NCBI GenBank assembly: GCA_965208575.1
Contig: CBDBOV010000003.1
Coordinates: 544,001-608,000 of the forward strand
Reading direction: 5' to 3'
DNA: 64,000 nucleotides
DNA from: Spirochaetia bacterium
Lineage (GTDB): Bacteria > Spirochaetota > Spirochaetia > SZUA-6 > Bin103
The notes beneath the pieces are model-generated. The model did not search any database. It was given only the letters and a program-made list of their open reading frames with translations, and was not told the origin of the DNA. Position numbers and translations under genes: made by a program. Shown here in pieces: positions 1 through 12,300 of this stretch (position 1 is its first letter; every line of letters starts with the position of its first letter).

Positions 1-279
1 GACCGCGAATACTTCGCCTACGCCAGGACGTTCGCCGGTCGCGCCACCTACTTCGTGTATTTCCGTGATGACATCTGGGGCGCCATGGTGCTGCACAACT
101 TCACCGACATGCTGCGCGCCGTGTTCCAGAACTCACCCGTCAAGCTGACTCTCGTCGAACAGGAACTCTCTCTCAAACATCCTGCCGTTCTCGGCTTCCT
201 GAGACAATCTCCTGAGGACCCCTCAGCACCACCGACAGGAGATCTCGCCCGCGGCCACCGGCAACCCGGTGCAGAATAA
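1..279 (+). CDS. 3' part of a hypothetical protein (5' truncated by window edge), probably inside an inserted element
   Basis: Open frame from position 1 (DREYFAYARTFAGRATYFVYFRDDIWG...) to TAA at 277-279; unrelated to the repeat gene on the opposite strand. Confidence 0.5.
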   Translation, partial: DREYFAYARTFAGRATYFVYFRDDIWGAMVLHNFTDMLRAVFQNSPVKLTLVEQELSLKHPAVLGFLRQSPEDPSAPPTGDLARGHRQPGAE

Positions 280-333
280 TATGGTGTCCAGATTACCGTG
301 CGAAAAAACAGCAGAATTACGTGAGACCCAACA
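1..333. mobile_element. End of a putative IS21-like or other insertion element interrupting the giant gene
   Basis: The cadherin-repeat consensus (..ATCACGGT|GAGCGCG) breaks at 333/334. Read on the minus strand, the foreign DNA begins 5'-TGTTGGGTCTCACGTAATTCTGC..TCGCACGGTAATCTGG, i.e. a TGT end with a repeated subterminal motif. No transposase is visible in the window. Confidence 0.45.
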
Positions 334-3300
334 ACCGTGATCGTCACCGTCCCCGCCGCCGCAGACTCCTTGTCGTCGGAATCGGTCACCTTGTACGTGA
401 AGCTCGCCTTCCCGTTCCAGTCCGCCACCGGCTCGAACACCAGCGTCCCCAGGTCGGCGGCCGCTACCGAGGCCCCGGCGATCACCGCAGCCAGCGGATC
501 GCCTGCCCTCAGCGTCCCGTGCGTGGCGTCCGGCAGCGTCACGATCTTCACCGACTTCAGCGTGTGCCCGTTCGGGTCGCTGAACGCCCCCGTGAAGTCA
601 CTCGCCGCGAACATCAGCGTCGTGTCCTCGGCCACGCTCTTGCCGATGTTCGACCCCGTCGGCCGCTCGCCCACGGCGATGGTGACGGTCGCTGCCGCCG
701 CCGACTCGGCGTCGGAGGAGTCGGTCACCTTGTACGTGAAGCTCGCCGTGCCGTTCCAGTTCGCCACCGGCACGAAGGTGATCGTCCCCAGGCTCGCCGC
801 CACCACGGTCTGATTGGCGCTCGCCGCCGCCGTGCCCACCTTCAGCGTCCCGCCCGTGCCGGCCGGCAGCGTCACGATCTTCACCGACTTCAGCGCGTGC
901 CCGTCCGCGTCGCTGAACGCTCCCGTGAAGTCATTCGCCGCAAACGTCAGCGTCGTGCTCTCCGCGGTGCTCTTGCTGATGTCCGACGCCGCCGGCAGGT
1001 CGTCCACCGCGCTCACCGTGATCGTCACCGTCGCCGCCGCCACCGACTCCTCGTCGTCGGAGTCGGTCACCTTGTACGTGAAGCTCGCCTTCCCGTTCCA
1101 GTCCGCCGCAGGCTCGAACGTGATCGTCCCCAGGCTCGCCGCCAGCACGCTCTGTCCCGCGCTCGCGTCCGCCGTGCCCACCTTCAGCGTCCCGTGCGCG
1201 GCGGTCGGCAGCGTCACGATCTTCACCGACTTCAGCGTGTGCCCGTCCGGGTCGCTGAACGCGCCGGTGAAGTCGGACGCCGCGAACGTCAGCGTCGTGT
1301 CCTCGTTGACCGTCTTGCTGATGTCCGACGCCGTCGGCGCGTCGTCCACCGCGCTCACCGTGATGCTCACGGTCGCGGTGGCCACCGACTCCTCGTCGTC
1401 GGAGTCGGTCACCTTGTAGGTGTAGCTCGCAGACCCGTTCCAGTCCGCCGCCGGCTCGAACGTGAGGGTGCCCAGGTTGGCGGCGGTGATCGAGTCCCCG
1501 GCGCTCACCGCAGTCAGCGGATTGCCTGCCTTCAGCGTCCCGTGCGTGGCGGTCGGCAGCGTCACGATCTTCACCGACTTCAACGTGTGCCCGTCCGCGT
1601 CGCTGAACGCGCCGGTGAAATCGCTGGCCGCGAACGTCAGCGTCGTGTCCTCGTTGACCGTCTTGCTGATGTCCGACGCGGTCGGGGCGTCGTCCACCGC
1701 GCTCACCGTGATGCTCACGGTCGCGGCGTCCGCCGACTCCTCGTCGTCGGAGTCGGTCACCTTGTAGGTGAAGCTCGCAGACCCGTTCCAGTCCGCCGCC
1801 GGCTCGAACGTGAGGGTGCCCAGGTTGGCGGCCGCTACCGAGGCGCCCGCGCTCACCGCAGCCAGCGGATTGCCTGCCTTGAGGGTGCCGTGCGCGGCGG
1901 CCGGCAGGGTGACGATCTTCACCGACTTCAGCGTGTGCCCGTTCGGGTCGCTGAACGCCCCCGTGAAGTCACTCGCCGCGAACGTCAGCGTCGTGTCCTC
2001 CGCAGTGCTCTTGCTGATGTCCGACCCGGTCGGCCGTTCGCCCACGGCGATGGTCACGGTGGCTGCCGCCGCCGATTCGGCGTCGGAGGAGTCGGTCACC
2101 TTGTACGTGAAGCTCGCCGTGCCGTTCCAGTTCGCCACCGGCACGAAGGTGATCGTCCCCAGGCTCGCCGCCACCACGGTCTGATTGGCGCTCGCCGCCG
2201 CCGTGCCCACCTTCAGCGTCCCGCCCGTGCCGGCCGGCAGCGTCACGATCTTCACCGACTTCAGCGCGTGCCCGTCCGCGTCGCTGAACGCTCCCGTGAA
2301 GTCATTCGCCGCAAACGTCAGCGTCGTGCTCTCCGCGGTGCTCTTGCTGATGTCCGACGCCGCCGGCAGGTCGTCCACCGCGCTCACCGTGATCGTCACC
2401 GTCGCCGCCGCCACCGACTCCTCGTCGGCGGAGTCGGTCACCTTGTACGTGAAGCTCGCCTTCCCGTTCCAGTCCGCCGCAGGCTCGAACGTGATCGTCC
2501 CCAGGCTCGCCGCCAGCACGCTCTGTCCCGCGCTCGCGTCCGCCGTGCCCACCTTCAGCGTCCCGTGCGCGGCGGTCGGCAGCGTCACGATCTTCACCGA
2601 CTTCAGCGTGTGCCCGTCCGGGTCGCTGAACGCGCCGGTGAAGTCGGACGCCGCGAACGTCAGCGTCGTGTCCTCGTTGACCGTCTTGCTGATGTCCGAC
2701 GCCGTCGGCGCGTCGTCCACCGCGCTCACCGTGATGCTCACGGTCGCGGTGGCCACCGACTCCTCGTCGTCGGAGTCGGTCACCTTGTAGGTGTAGCTCG
2801 CAGACCCGTTCCAGTCCGCCGCCGGCTCGAACGTGAGGGTGCCCAGGTTGGCGGCGGTGATCGAGTCCCCGGCGCTCACCACAGTCAGCGGATTGCCTGC
2901 CTTCAGCGTCCCGTGCGTGGCGGTCGGCAGCGTCACGATCTTCACCGACTTCAACGTGTGCCCGTCGGGGTCGCTGAACGCGCCGGTGAAGTCACTCGCC
3001 GCAAACATCAGCGTCGTGTCCTCCGCGGTGCTCTTCCTGATGTCCGACGCCGTCGGCAGGTCGTCCACCGCGCTCACCGTGATCGTCACCGTCCCCGCCG
3101 CCGCAGACTCCTTGTCGTCGGAATCGGTCACCTTGTACGTGAAGCTCGCCTTCCCGTTCCAGTCCGCCACCGGCTCGAACACCAGCGTCCCCAGGTCGGC
3201 GGCCGCTACCGAGGCCCCGGCGATCACCGCAGCCAGCGGATCGCCTGCCCTCAGCGTCCCGTGCGTGGCGTCCGGCAGCGTCACGATCTTCACCGACTTC

Positions 3301-6300
3301 AGCGTGTGCCCGTTCGGGTCGCTGAACGCCCCCGTGAAGTCACTCGCCGCGAACGTCAGCGTCGTGTCCTCGGCCACGCTCTTGCCGATGTCCGACCCCG
3401 TCGGCCGCTCGCCCACGGCGATGGTGACGGTCGCTGCCGCCGCCGACTCGGCGTCGGAGGAGTCGGTCACCTTGTACGTGAAGCTCGCCGTGCCGTTCCA
3501 GTTCGCCACCGGCACGAAGGTGATCGTCCCCAGGCTCGCCGCCACCACGGTCTGATTGGCGCTCGCCGCCGCCGTGCCCACCTTCAGCGTCCCGCCCGTG
3601 CCGGCCGGCAGCGTCACGATCTTCACCGACTTCAGCGCGTGCCCGTCCGCGTCGCTGAACGCTCCCGTGAAGTCATTCGCCGCAAACGTCAGCGTCGTGC
3701 TCTCCGCGGTGCTCTTGCTGATGTCCGACGCCGTCGGCAGGTCATCCACCGCGCTCACCGTGATCGTCACCGTCGCCGCCGCCACCGACTCCTCGTCGTC
3801 GGAGTCGGTCACCTTGTACGTGAAGCTCGCCTTCCCGTTCCAGTCCGCCGCAGGCTCGAACGTGATCGTCCCCAGGCTCGCCGCCAGCACGCTCTGTCCC
3901 GCGCTCGCGTCCGCCGTGCCCACCTTCAGCGTCCCGTGCGCGGCGGTCGGCAGCGTCACGATCTTCACCGACTTCAGCGTGTGCCCGTCCGGGTCGCTGA
4001 ACGCGCCGGTGAAGTCGGACGCCGCGAACGTCAGCGTCGTGTCCTCGTTGACCGTCTTGCTGATGTCCGACGCCGTCGGCGCGTCGTCCACCGCGCTCAC
4101 CGTGATGCTCACGGTCGCGGTGGCCACCGACTCCTCGTCGTCGGAGTCGGTCACCTTGTAGGTGTAGCTCGCAGACCCGTTCCAGTCCGCCGCCGGCTCG
4201 AACGTGAGGGTGCCCAGGTTGGCGGCCGCCACCGAGGCGCCGGCGCTCACTGCAGCCAGCGGATTGCCTGCCTTCAACGTCCCGTGCCCGCCATCCGGCA
4301 GCGTCACGATCTTCACCGACTTCAGCGTGTGCCCGTCGGGGTCGCTGAACGCGCCGGTGAAATCGCTGGCCGCGAACGTCAGCGTCGTGTCCTCGTTGAC
4401 CGTCTTGCTGATGTCCGACGCGGTCGGGGCGTCGTCCACCGCGCTCACCGTGATGCTCACGGTCGCGGCGTCCGCCGACTCCTCGTCGTCGGAGTCGGTC
4501 ACCTTGTACGTGAAGCTCGCCTTCCCGTTCCAGTCCGCCGCCGGCTCGAACTTGAGGGTGCCCAGGTTGGCGGCCGTGATCGAGGCGCCGGCGCTCACCG
4601 CAGCCAGCGGATCGCCTGCCTTCAACGTCCCGTGCGCGGCGGTCGGCAGCGTCACGATCTTCACCGACTTCAGCGTGTGGCCGTCCGGGTCGCTGAACGC
4701 GCCGGTGAAGTCCGCCGCCGCGAACGTCAGCGTCGTGTCCTCGTTGACCGTCTTGCTGATGTCCGACGCCGTCGGCTTGTCGTCTACCGCGCTCACCGTG
4801 ATGCTCACGGTCGCGGCGTCCGCGGACTCATCGTCGTCGGAGTCGGTCACCTTGTACGTGAAGCTCGCCTTCCCGTTCCAGTCCGCCGCCGGCTCGAACT
4901 TGAGCGTCCCCAGGCTGCCGGCCAGCACGACCTGACTGGTGGTCGCGTCCGTCGTGCCGACCTTCAGCTTCCCGTGCTCGGCGTCCGGCAGCGTCACCAC
5001 CTTCACCGACTTCAGCGTGTGCCCGTCCGCGTCGCTGAACGCTCCCGTGAAGTCAGACGCCGCGAACGTCAGCGTCGTGTCCTCGTCCACGGTCTTGCTG
5101 ATGCCGGACGCCGTCGGCGCCGTCGCCCAGGCCGCCTTCGCGGTCTCGGCCTCCGCGGGACCCGCGTTCGCCCCGTCGCTCGCCGCGTTGGCCCTCACCG
5201 CCACGACCACGTCGGACCCGGACGTGGGCATCACCGCCAGCGTGTAGGTCCTGGCGTCGGTGGCGGCGAACGTCCCCGTCGTTCCGCCGGTTACCGCCAC
5301 GTCGCCGGCCGCGAACTCCCTCACGTCCTCCGACCACGTGAACGTGGCCGTGAATGCCGTCGTCGAGTTGATCTTGGCCGGCACCCCGGTGATCGCCACC
5401 GTCGGAGCCGTCGCGTCCCACGTCGCCTTCGCGGTCTCGGTCGCCGCCGGACCCGTGTTGACCCCGTCGGTGGCCGCGTCATTCGCCACCGTCACGACCA
5501 CGCTGGCCCCGGACGTCGGCGTCACCGCCAGCGTGTAGGTTCTGGCGTCGGTGGCGGCGAACGTCCCCGTCGTTCCGCCGGTTACCGTCACGTCCCCGGT
5601 CGCGAAACCCCTCACGTCCTCCGACCACGTGAACGTGGCCGTGAACGCCGCCGTCGAGTTGATCTTGCCCGGCACCCTGGTGATCGCCACCGTCGGCGCC
5701 GCCGCGTCCCAGGTCGCCGTCGCGGTCTCGGTCGCCGCCGGACCCGTGTTGACCCCGTCGGTCGCCGAGTTCGCCGCCACCGTCACGACCACGCTGGCCC
5801 CGGACGTCGGCGTCACCGCCAGCGTGTAGGTTCTGGCGTCGGTGGCGGCGAACGTCCCCGTCGTTCCGCCGGTTACCGTCACGTCCCCGGCCGCGAAGTC
5901 CGTCACGTCCTCCGACCAGGTGAACGTCACGGTGCGATCGCTCGTCGAGTTGATCCTGGCCGGCACTCCGGTGATCGCCACCGTCGGCGCCGCCGCGTCC
6001 CAGGTCGCCGTCTCGGTCACCGCCGCCGCCGGACCCGTGTTGACCCCGTCGGTGGCCGCGTCATTCGCCACCGTCACGACTACGCCGGCCCCGGACGTCG
6101 GCGTCACCAACAGCGTGTAGGTCCTGGCGTCGGTGGCGGCGAACGTCCCCTTCGTCCCGCCGGTCACCGTCACGTCCCCGGCCGCGAAGTCCGTCACGTC
6201 CTCCGACCACCTGAACGTCACGCTCAGCGCAGTCGTCGCGTTGATCTTGGCCGGCACACCGGTGATCGCCACCGTCGGCGCCGCCGCGTCCCAGGCCGCC

Positions 6301-9300
6301 GTCTCGGTCACCGCCGCCGCCGGACCCGTGTTGACCCCGTCGGTGGCCGCGTCATTCGCCACCGTCACGACCACGCCGGCCCCGGACGTCGGCGTGACCA
6401 ACAGCGTGTAGGTCCTGGCGTCGGTGGCGGCGAACGTCCCCTTCGTCCCGCCGGTCACCGTCACGTCCCCGGTCGCGAATCCCGTCACGTCCTCCGACCA
6501 GGTGAACGTCACGGTGCGATCGCTCGTCGCGTTGATCTTGGCCGGCACACCGGTGATCGCCACCGTCGGCGCCGCCGCGTCCCAGGTCGCCGTCTCGGTC
6601 ACCGCCGCCGCCGGACCCGTGTTGACCCCGTCGGTGGCCGCGTCATTCGCCACCGTCACGACCACGCCGGCCCCGGACATCGGCGTCACCAACAGCGTGT
6701 AGGTCCCGGCGTCGGTGGCGACGAACGTCCCCTTCGTTCCGCCGGTCACCGTCACGTCCCCGGCCGCGAAGTCCGTCACGTCCTCCGACCACGTGAACGT
6801 CACGCTCAGCGCAGTCGTCGCGTTGATCTTCGAAGGCACACCGCTGATCCCCACCGTCGGCGCCGTCGCGTCCCAGGTCGCCGTCTCGGTCACCGCCGCC
6901 GCCGGACCCGTGTTGACCCCGTCGGTGGCCGCGACATTCGCCACCGTCACCACCACGTCGGCATTCCCCGACGGCGTCACCGCCAGCGTGTACTCCTTGC
7001 CGCTGGTGGCCGTGAACGTCCCTTTCGTCCCGCCGGTCACCGTCACGTCCCCGGCCGCGAAGTCCGTCACGTCCTCCGACCACGTGAACGTCACGTCCAG
7101 CGCCGTCCTCGCGTTGATCTTCGAAGGTACACCGCTGATCCCGACCGTCGGCGCCGTCGCGTCCCAGGTCGCCGTCGCGGTCTCGGCCGCCGCCGGACCC
7201 GTGTTGACCCCGTCGGTGGCCGCGACATTCGCCACCGTCACCACCACGTCGGCATTCCCCGACGGCGTCACCAACAGCGTGTAGGTCCTGGCGTCGGTGG
7301 CGGCGAACGTCCCCTTCGTTCCGCCGGTCACCGTCACGTCGCCGGTCTCGAACCCCGTCACGTCCTCCGACCACGTGAACGTCACGTCCAGCGCCGTCGT
7401 CGCGTTGATCTTCGAAGGCACACCGCTGATCCCGACCGTCGGCGCCGTCGCGTCCCAGGTCGCTGTCGCGGTCACCGCCGAGGCCGGACCCGTGTTCGCC
7501 CCGTCGGTCGCCGCGTCATTCGCCACCGTCACCACCACGTCCGCAGAGGCGGTCGGGGTGACGATCAGCGTGTACTCCGTGGCGCTCGTCGCCTCGAGCG
7601 TTCCCTTCGCACCCCCCGTCACCGTCACGTCTCCGGTCTCGAATCCCGTCACGTCCTCCGAGAACGTGAACGTGACCGTGAACGCCGTCGTCGCGTTGAT
7701 CTTCGAAGGCACACCGCCGATCCCCACCGTCGGCGCCGTCGCGTCCCAGGTCGCCGTCGCGGTCTCGGCCGCCGCCGGACCCGTGTTGACCCCGTCGGTG
7801 GCCGCGACATTCGCCACCGTCACCACCACGTCGGCATTCCCCGATGGCGTCACCGCCAGCGTGTACTCCTTGCCGCTGGTGGCCGTGAACGTCCCCTTCG
7901 TCCCGCCGGTCACCGTCACGTCCCCGGCCGCGAAGTCCGTCACGTCCTCCGACCACGTGAACGTCACGTCCAGCGCCGTCGTCGCGTTGATCTTCGAAGG
8001 CACGCCGCTGATCCCGACCGTCGGCGCCGTCGCGTCCCAGGTCGCCGTCTCGGTCTCGGCCGCCGCCGGACCCGTGTTGACCCCGTCGGTGGCCGCGACA
8101 TTCGCCACCGTCACCACCACGTCGGCATTCCCGGACGGCGTCACCACCAGCGTGTACTTCTTGGCGCTGGTGGCCGTGAACGCCCCCTTCGTTCCGCCGG
8201 TCACCGTCACGTCGCCGGTCTCGAACCCCGTCACGTCCTCCGACCACGTGAACGTCACGTCCAGCGCCGTCGTCGCGTTGATCTTCGAAGGCACACCGCT
8301 GATCCCGACCGTCGGCGCCGTCGCGTCCCAGGTCGCCGTCGCGGTCACCGCCGCCGCCGGACCCGTGTTGACCCCGTCGGTCGCCGCGTCATTCGCCACC
8401 GTCACGACCACGCTCGACCCGGACGCGGGCGTCACGACGAGAGTGTAGGTGCGGGCGTCGGTGACGGCGAACGTCCCCTTCGTCCCGCCGGTCACCGTCA
8501 CGTCGCCGGTCTCGAACCCCGTCACGTCCTCCGACCAGGTGAACGTCACGGTGAGATCGCTCGTCGCGTTGATCCGGGCCGGCACCCCGGTGATCCCCAC
8601 CGTTGGCGTTTCGCTGTCGAACAGCGTCAGCGGCAGGTCGTCCGCGGCGGCGTAGCTGATTCCACGGAAGCAGGGTGACTCACTCCTCGGGCAGCCGGCA
8701 ACGCTCGGCGACGGCAGCGTCCCGACGTTCACCTGCGCCGGCTGTCCGTCGGTCGACTGCGTCACCGTGAAGGTCGAACTCGCCAGCCCCCCGGCGCCGA
8801 CCGACGCCGATGCTGGCGCCGTAGCGCCCGTCACGCTCAGCGGAACCTCCAGGCTCTCGGGCGCGCCCTCGCGAACCGTCACCTTCACCGTCGCCGGACT
8901 CCCCGCGTGCGGCGCCCCGTCGGTCCGCTCCAGACCCACCGTCAGCGCAAACGGCGCACCCGGATTGCCGGTCAGGTCCAGCTCCCCCAGCACGGTCAAC
9001 CCGTTGAACACGCCCGGCGGCAAACTGCTCAGACCGGTGTTTTGCAAATACAGATAATGCAGCCTGGTCAGCCCGTCGAACACGTCCGGCGGCAAACTGC
9101 TCAGATTGTTGCCATCCAGGTCCAGCCGCGTCAGCCAGGTCAGGTCGTCGAACACGTCCGGCGGCAAACTGCTCAGATTGTTGTCGGACAGATTCAGATG
9201 ACTCAGCCAGGTCAGGTCGTCGAACACGTCCGGCGGCAAACTGCTCAGATTGTTGTCGGACAGATACAGACTACTCAGCCAGGTCAGGTCGTCGAACACG

Positions 9301-12300
9301 TCCGGCGGCAAACTGCTCAGATTGTTGTCGGACAGATTCAGACTATTCAGCCGGGTCAGGTCGTCGAACGCGTCCGGCGGTAAACTGCTCAGACTGTTGC
9401 CGCCCAGCCGCAACGTCCTCAGCGCGGTCAGGTCGTCGAACACGCCCAGCGGCCAACTGCTCAGATTGTTGTCGGACAGATCCAGTGTCCTCAGCCTGGG
9501 CAGATCGTCGAACACGCCCGGCGGTAAACTGCTTATATCGTTGCCAATCAGCCACAGCGACGTCAGCCCGGTCAGCCCGGCAAAGTCGCCGGTCCGCAGC
9601 GACTCGATGCCGAGGCCAGGCAACAACCAAAGCGTGATGCCCGCCAGGTCCGCCAGGGTGACGGCCTGGCAGTCCGTCTTCGAGACCGTTCTCAGAATAC
9701 TGTTTTGCAACTGCCGGGTGCGGCCGCAGATGCCCGTGAAGGGGGTGCTGTTGGTCACCGCCCGGTCCGTCAGGTAGCCCGCGTCGTTGCCCGCGATGTC
9801 CTGGACCGGGTTCGCCAACGGCGCCATGTAGCTCATCGTCACCATGTCGCCGTACGCCACCGCCGAGGCCAGCGTCAGCGTCACCGCCGAGCCGGTGATG
9901 GATACCGCGCCGCTGGCCGCCAAACTCACCTCGGTCCCGCCCACGTTCACCGTGAACGCGCTCGACGCCGGCTTCGAAGCCTCGTCCAACGCCTCGTTGT
10001 ACGTCAGGGTCAGCGTCGCCCCGTCCACCGCCGCGGTGGAGAGCGTCGGCGCCGCCGCGTCCCAGGCCGCCGTCTCGGTCACCGCCGTCGCCGGCCCCGT
10101 CTGCAGCCCGTCCGTCGCCGAGTTCGCAGCCACCGTCACGACCACGCCGGCCCCCGACGTGGGCGTCACCAACAGCGTGTAGGTCCTGGCGTCGGTGGCG
10201 GCGAACGTCCCCTTCGTCCCGCCGGTCACCGTCACGTCGCCGGTCTCGAATCCCGTCACGTCCTCCGACCAGGTGAACGTCACGGTGAGATCGCTCGTCG
10301 CGTTGATCCGGGCCGGCACCCCGGTGATCGCCACCGCCGGCGCCGCCGCGTCCCAGGCCGCCGTCTCGGTCACCGCCGCCGCCGGCCCCGTGTTGACCCC
10401 GTCGGTGGCCGCGTCGTTCGCCACCGTCACGACCACGTCGGCGTTCCCGGACGGTGTCACCGCCAGCGTGTACTCCCTGGCGCTGGTGGCCGTGAACGTC
10501 CCCTTCGTCCCGCCGGTCACCGTCACGTCCCCGGCCGCGAAGTCCGTCACGTCCTCCGACCACGTGAACGTGACCGTGCGCGCCGTCGCCGAGTCGATCC
10601 TGGGCGGCACCCCGGTGATCGCCACCTTCGGCGCCGCCGCGTCCCAGGCGGCCGTCGCCTCGACCGTCGCCGCCGGACCCGTCTGCAGCCCGTCCGTCAC
10701 CGAGTTCGCCGCCACCGTCACCACCACGTCCGCCGAGCCCGTCGGCGTTACCGCCAGCGAGTACTCCCTGTCGCTGGTCGCCGTGACCGTCCCCTTCGTA
10801 CCACCTGTCACCGTCACGTCACCCGTCTCGAACTCCGTCACGTCCTCCGACCACGTGAACGTCACGCTCAGCGCCGTCTTCGCGTTGATCTTCGAAGGCA
10901 CACCGCTGATCCCGACCTTCGGCGCCGCCGCGTCCCAGGCCGCCGTCTCGGTCACCGCCGCCGCCGGACCCGTGTTGACCCCGTCGGTGGCCGCGTCATT
11001 CGCCACCGTCACGACCACGCCGGCCCCGGACGTCGGCGTCACCAACAGCGTGTAGGTCCTGGCGTCGGTGGCGGCGAACGTCCCCTTCGTCCCGCCGGTC
11101 ACCGTCACGTCGCCGGTCTCGAATCCCGTCACGTCCTCCGACCACGTGAACGTCACGTTCAGCGCCGTCGTCGCGTTGATCTTCGAAGGCACACCGCTGA
11201 TCCCGACCTTCGGCGCCGCCGCGTCCCAGGCCGCCGTCTCGGTCACCGCCGCCGCCGGACCCGTGTTGACCCCGTCGGTCGCCGCGTTCGCCCCGACCGT
11301 CACGACCACGTCGGCACTCCCGGACGGCGTCACCGCCAGCGTGTACTCCCTGGCGCTGGTCGCCTTGAACGTCCCCTTCGTACCACCCGTCACCGTCACG
11401 TCACCCGTCTCGAACTCCGTCACGTCCTCCGACCACGTGAACGTGACCGTGAGCGCCGTCGCCGAGTCGATCTTGGCCGGCACCCCCGTGATCGCCACTG
11501 TCGGCGCCGCCGCGTCCCAGGCCGCCGTCTCGGTCACCGCCGCCGCCGGCCCCGTGTTGACCCCGTCGGTGGCCGCGTCGTTCGCCACCGTCACGACCAC
11601 GTCGGCGTTCCCGGACGGCGTCACCGCCAGCGTGTACTCCCTGGCGCTGGTGGCCGTGAACGTCCCCTTCGTACCACCTGTCACCGTCACGTCACCCGTC
11701 TCGAACTCCGTCACGTCTTCCGACCACGTGAACGTCACGGTGAGATCGCTCTTCGCGTTGATCTTGGCCGGCACCCCGGTGATCGCCATCGTCGGCGCCG
11801 CCACGTCCCAGGCCGCCGTCTCGGTCACCGCCGCCGCCGGACCCGTGTTCGCCCCGTCGGTCGCCGCGTTCGCCACGACCGTCACGACCACGTCGGCGTT
11901 CCCGGACGGCGTCACCACCAGCGTGTACTCCTTGGCGCTGGTGGCCGCGAACGTCCCCTTCGCCCCGCCGGTCACCGTCACGTCGTGAGTCTCGAACCCC
12001 GTCACGTCTTCCGACCACGTGAACGTCACGCTCAGCGCCGTCGTCGAGTTGACCGCCGAAGGCACCCCGGTGATCGCCATCGTCGGCGCCGCCACGTCCC
12101 AGGCCGCCGTTTCGGTCACCGCCGCCGCCGGCCCCGTGTTGACCCCGTCGGTCGCCGCGTTCGCCACGACCGTCACGACCACGTCGGCGTTCCCGGACGG
12201 CGTCACCACCAGCGTGTAGGTCTTGGCGTCCGTGGCGGCGAACGTTCCCTTCGTCCCGCCGGTCACCGTCACGTCGCCGGTCTCGAACCCCGTCACGTCC

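Noticed and set aside
48-333. C-terminal ~95 aa of the giant ORF as a real domain
   Set aside because: Read-through into inserted DNA after the repeat breaks
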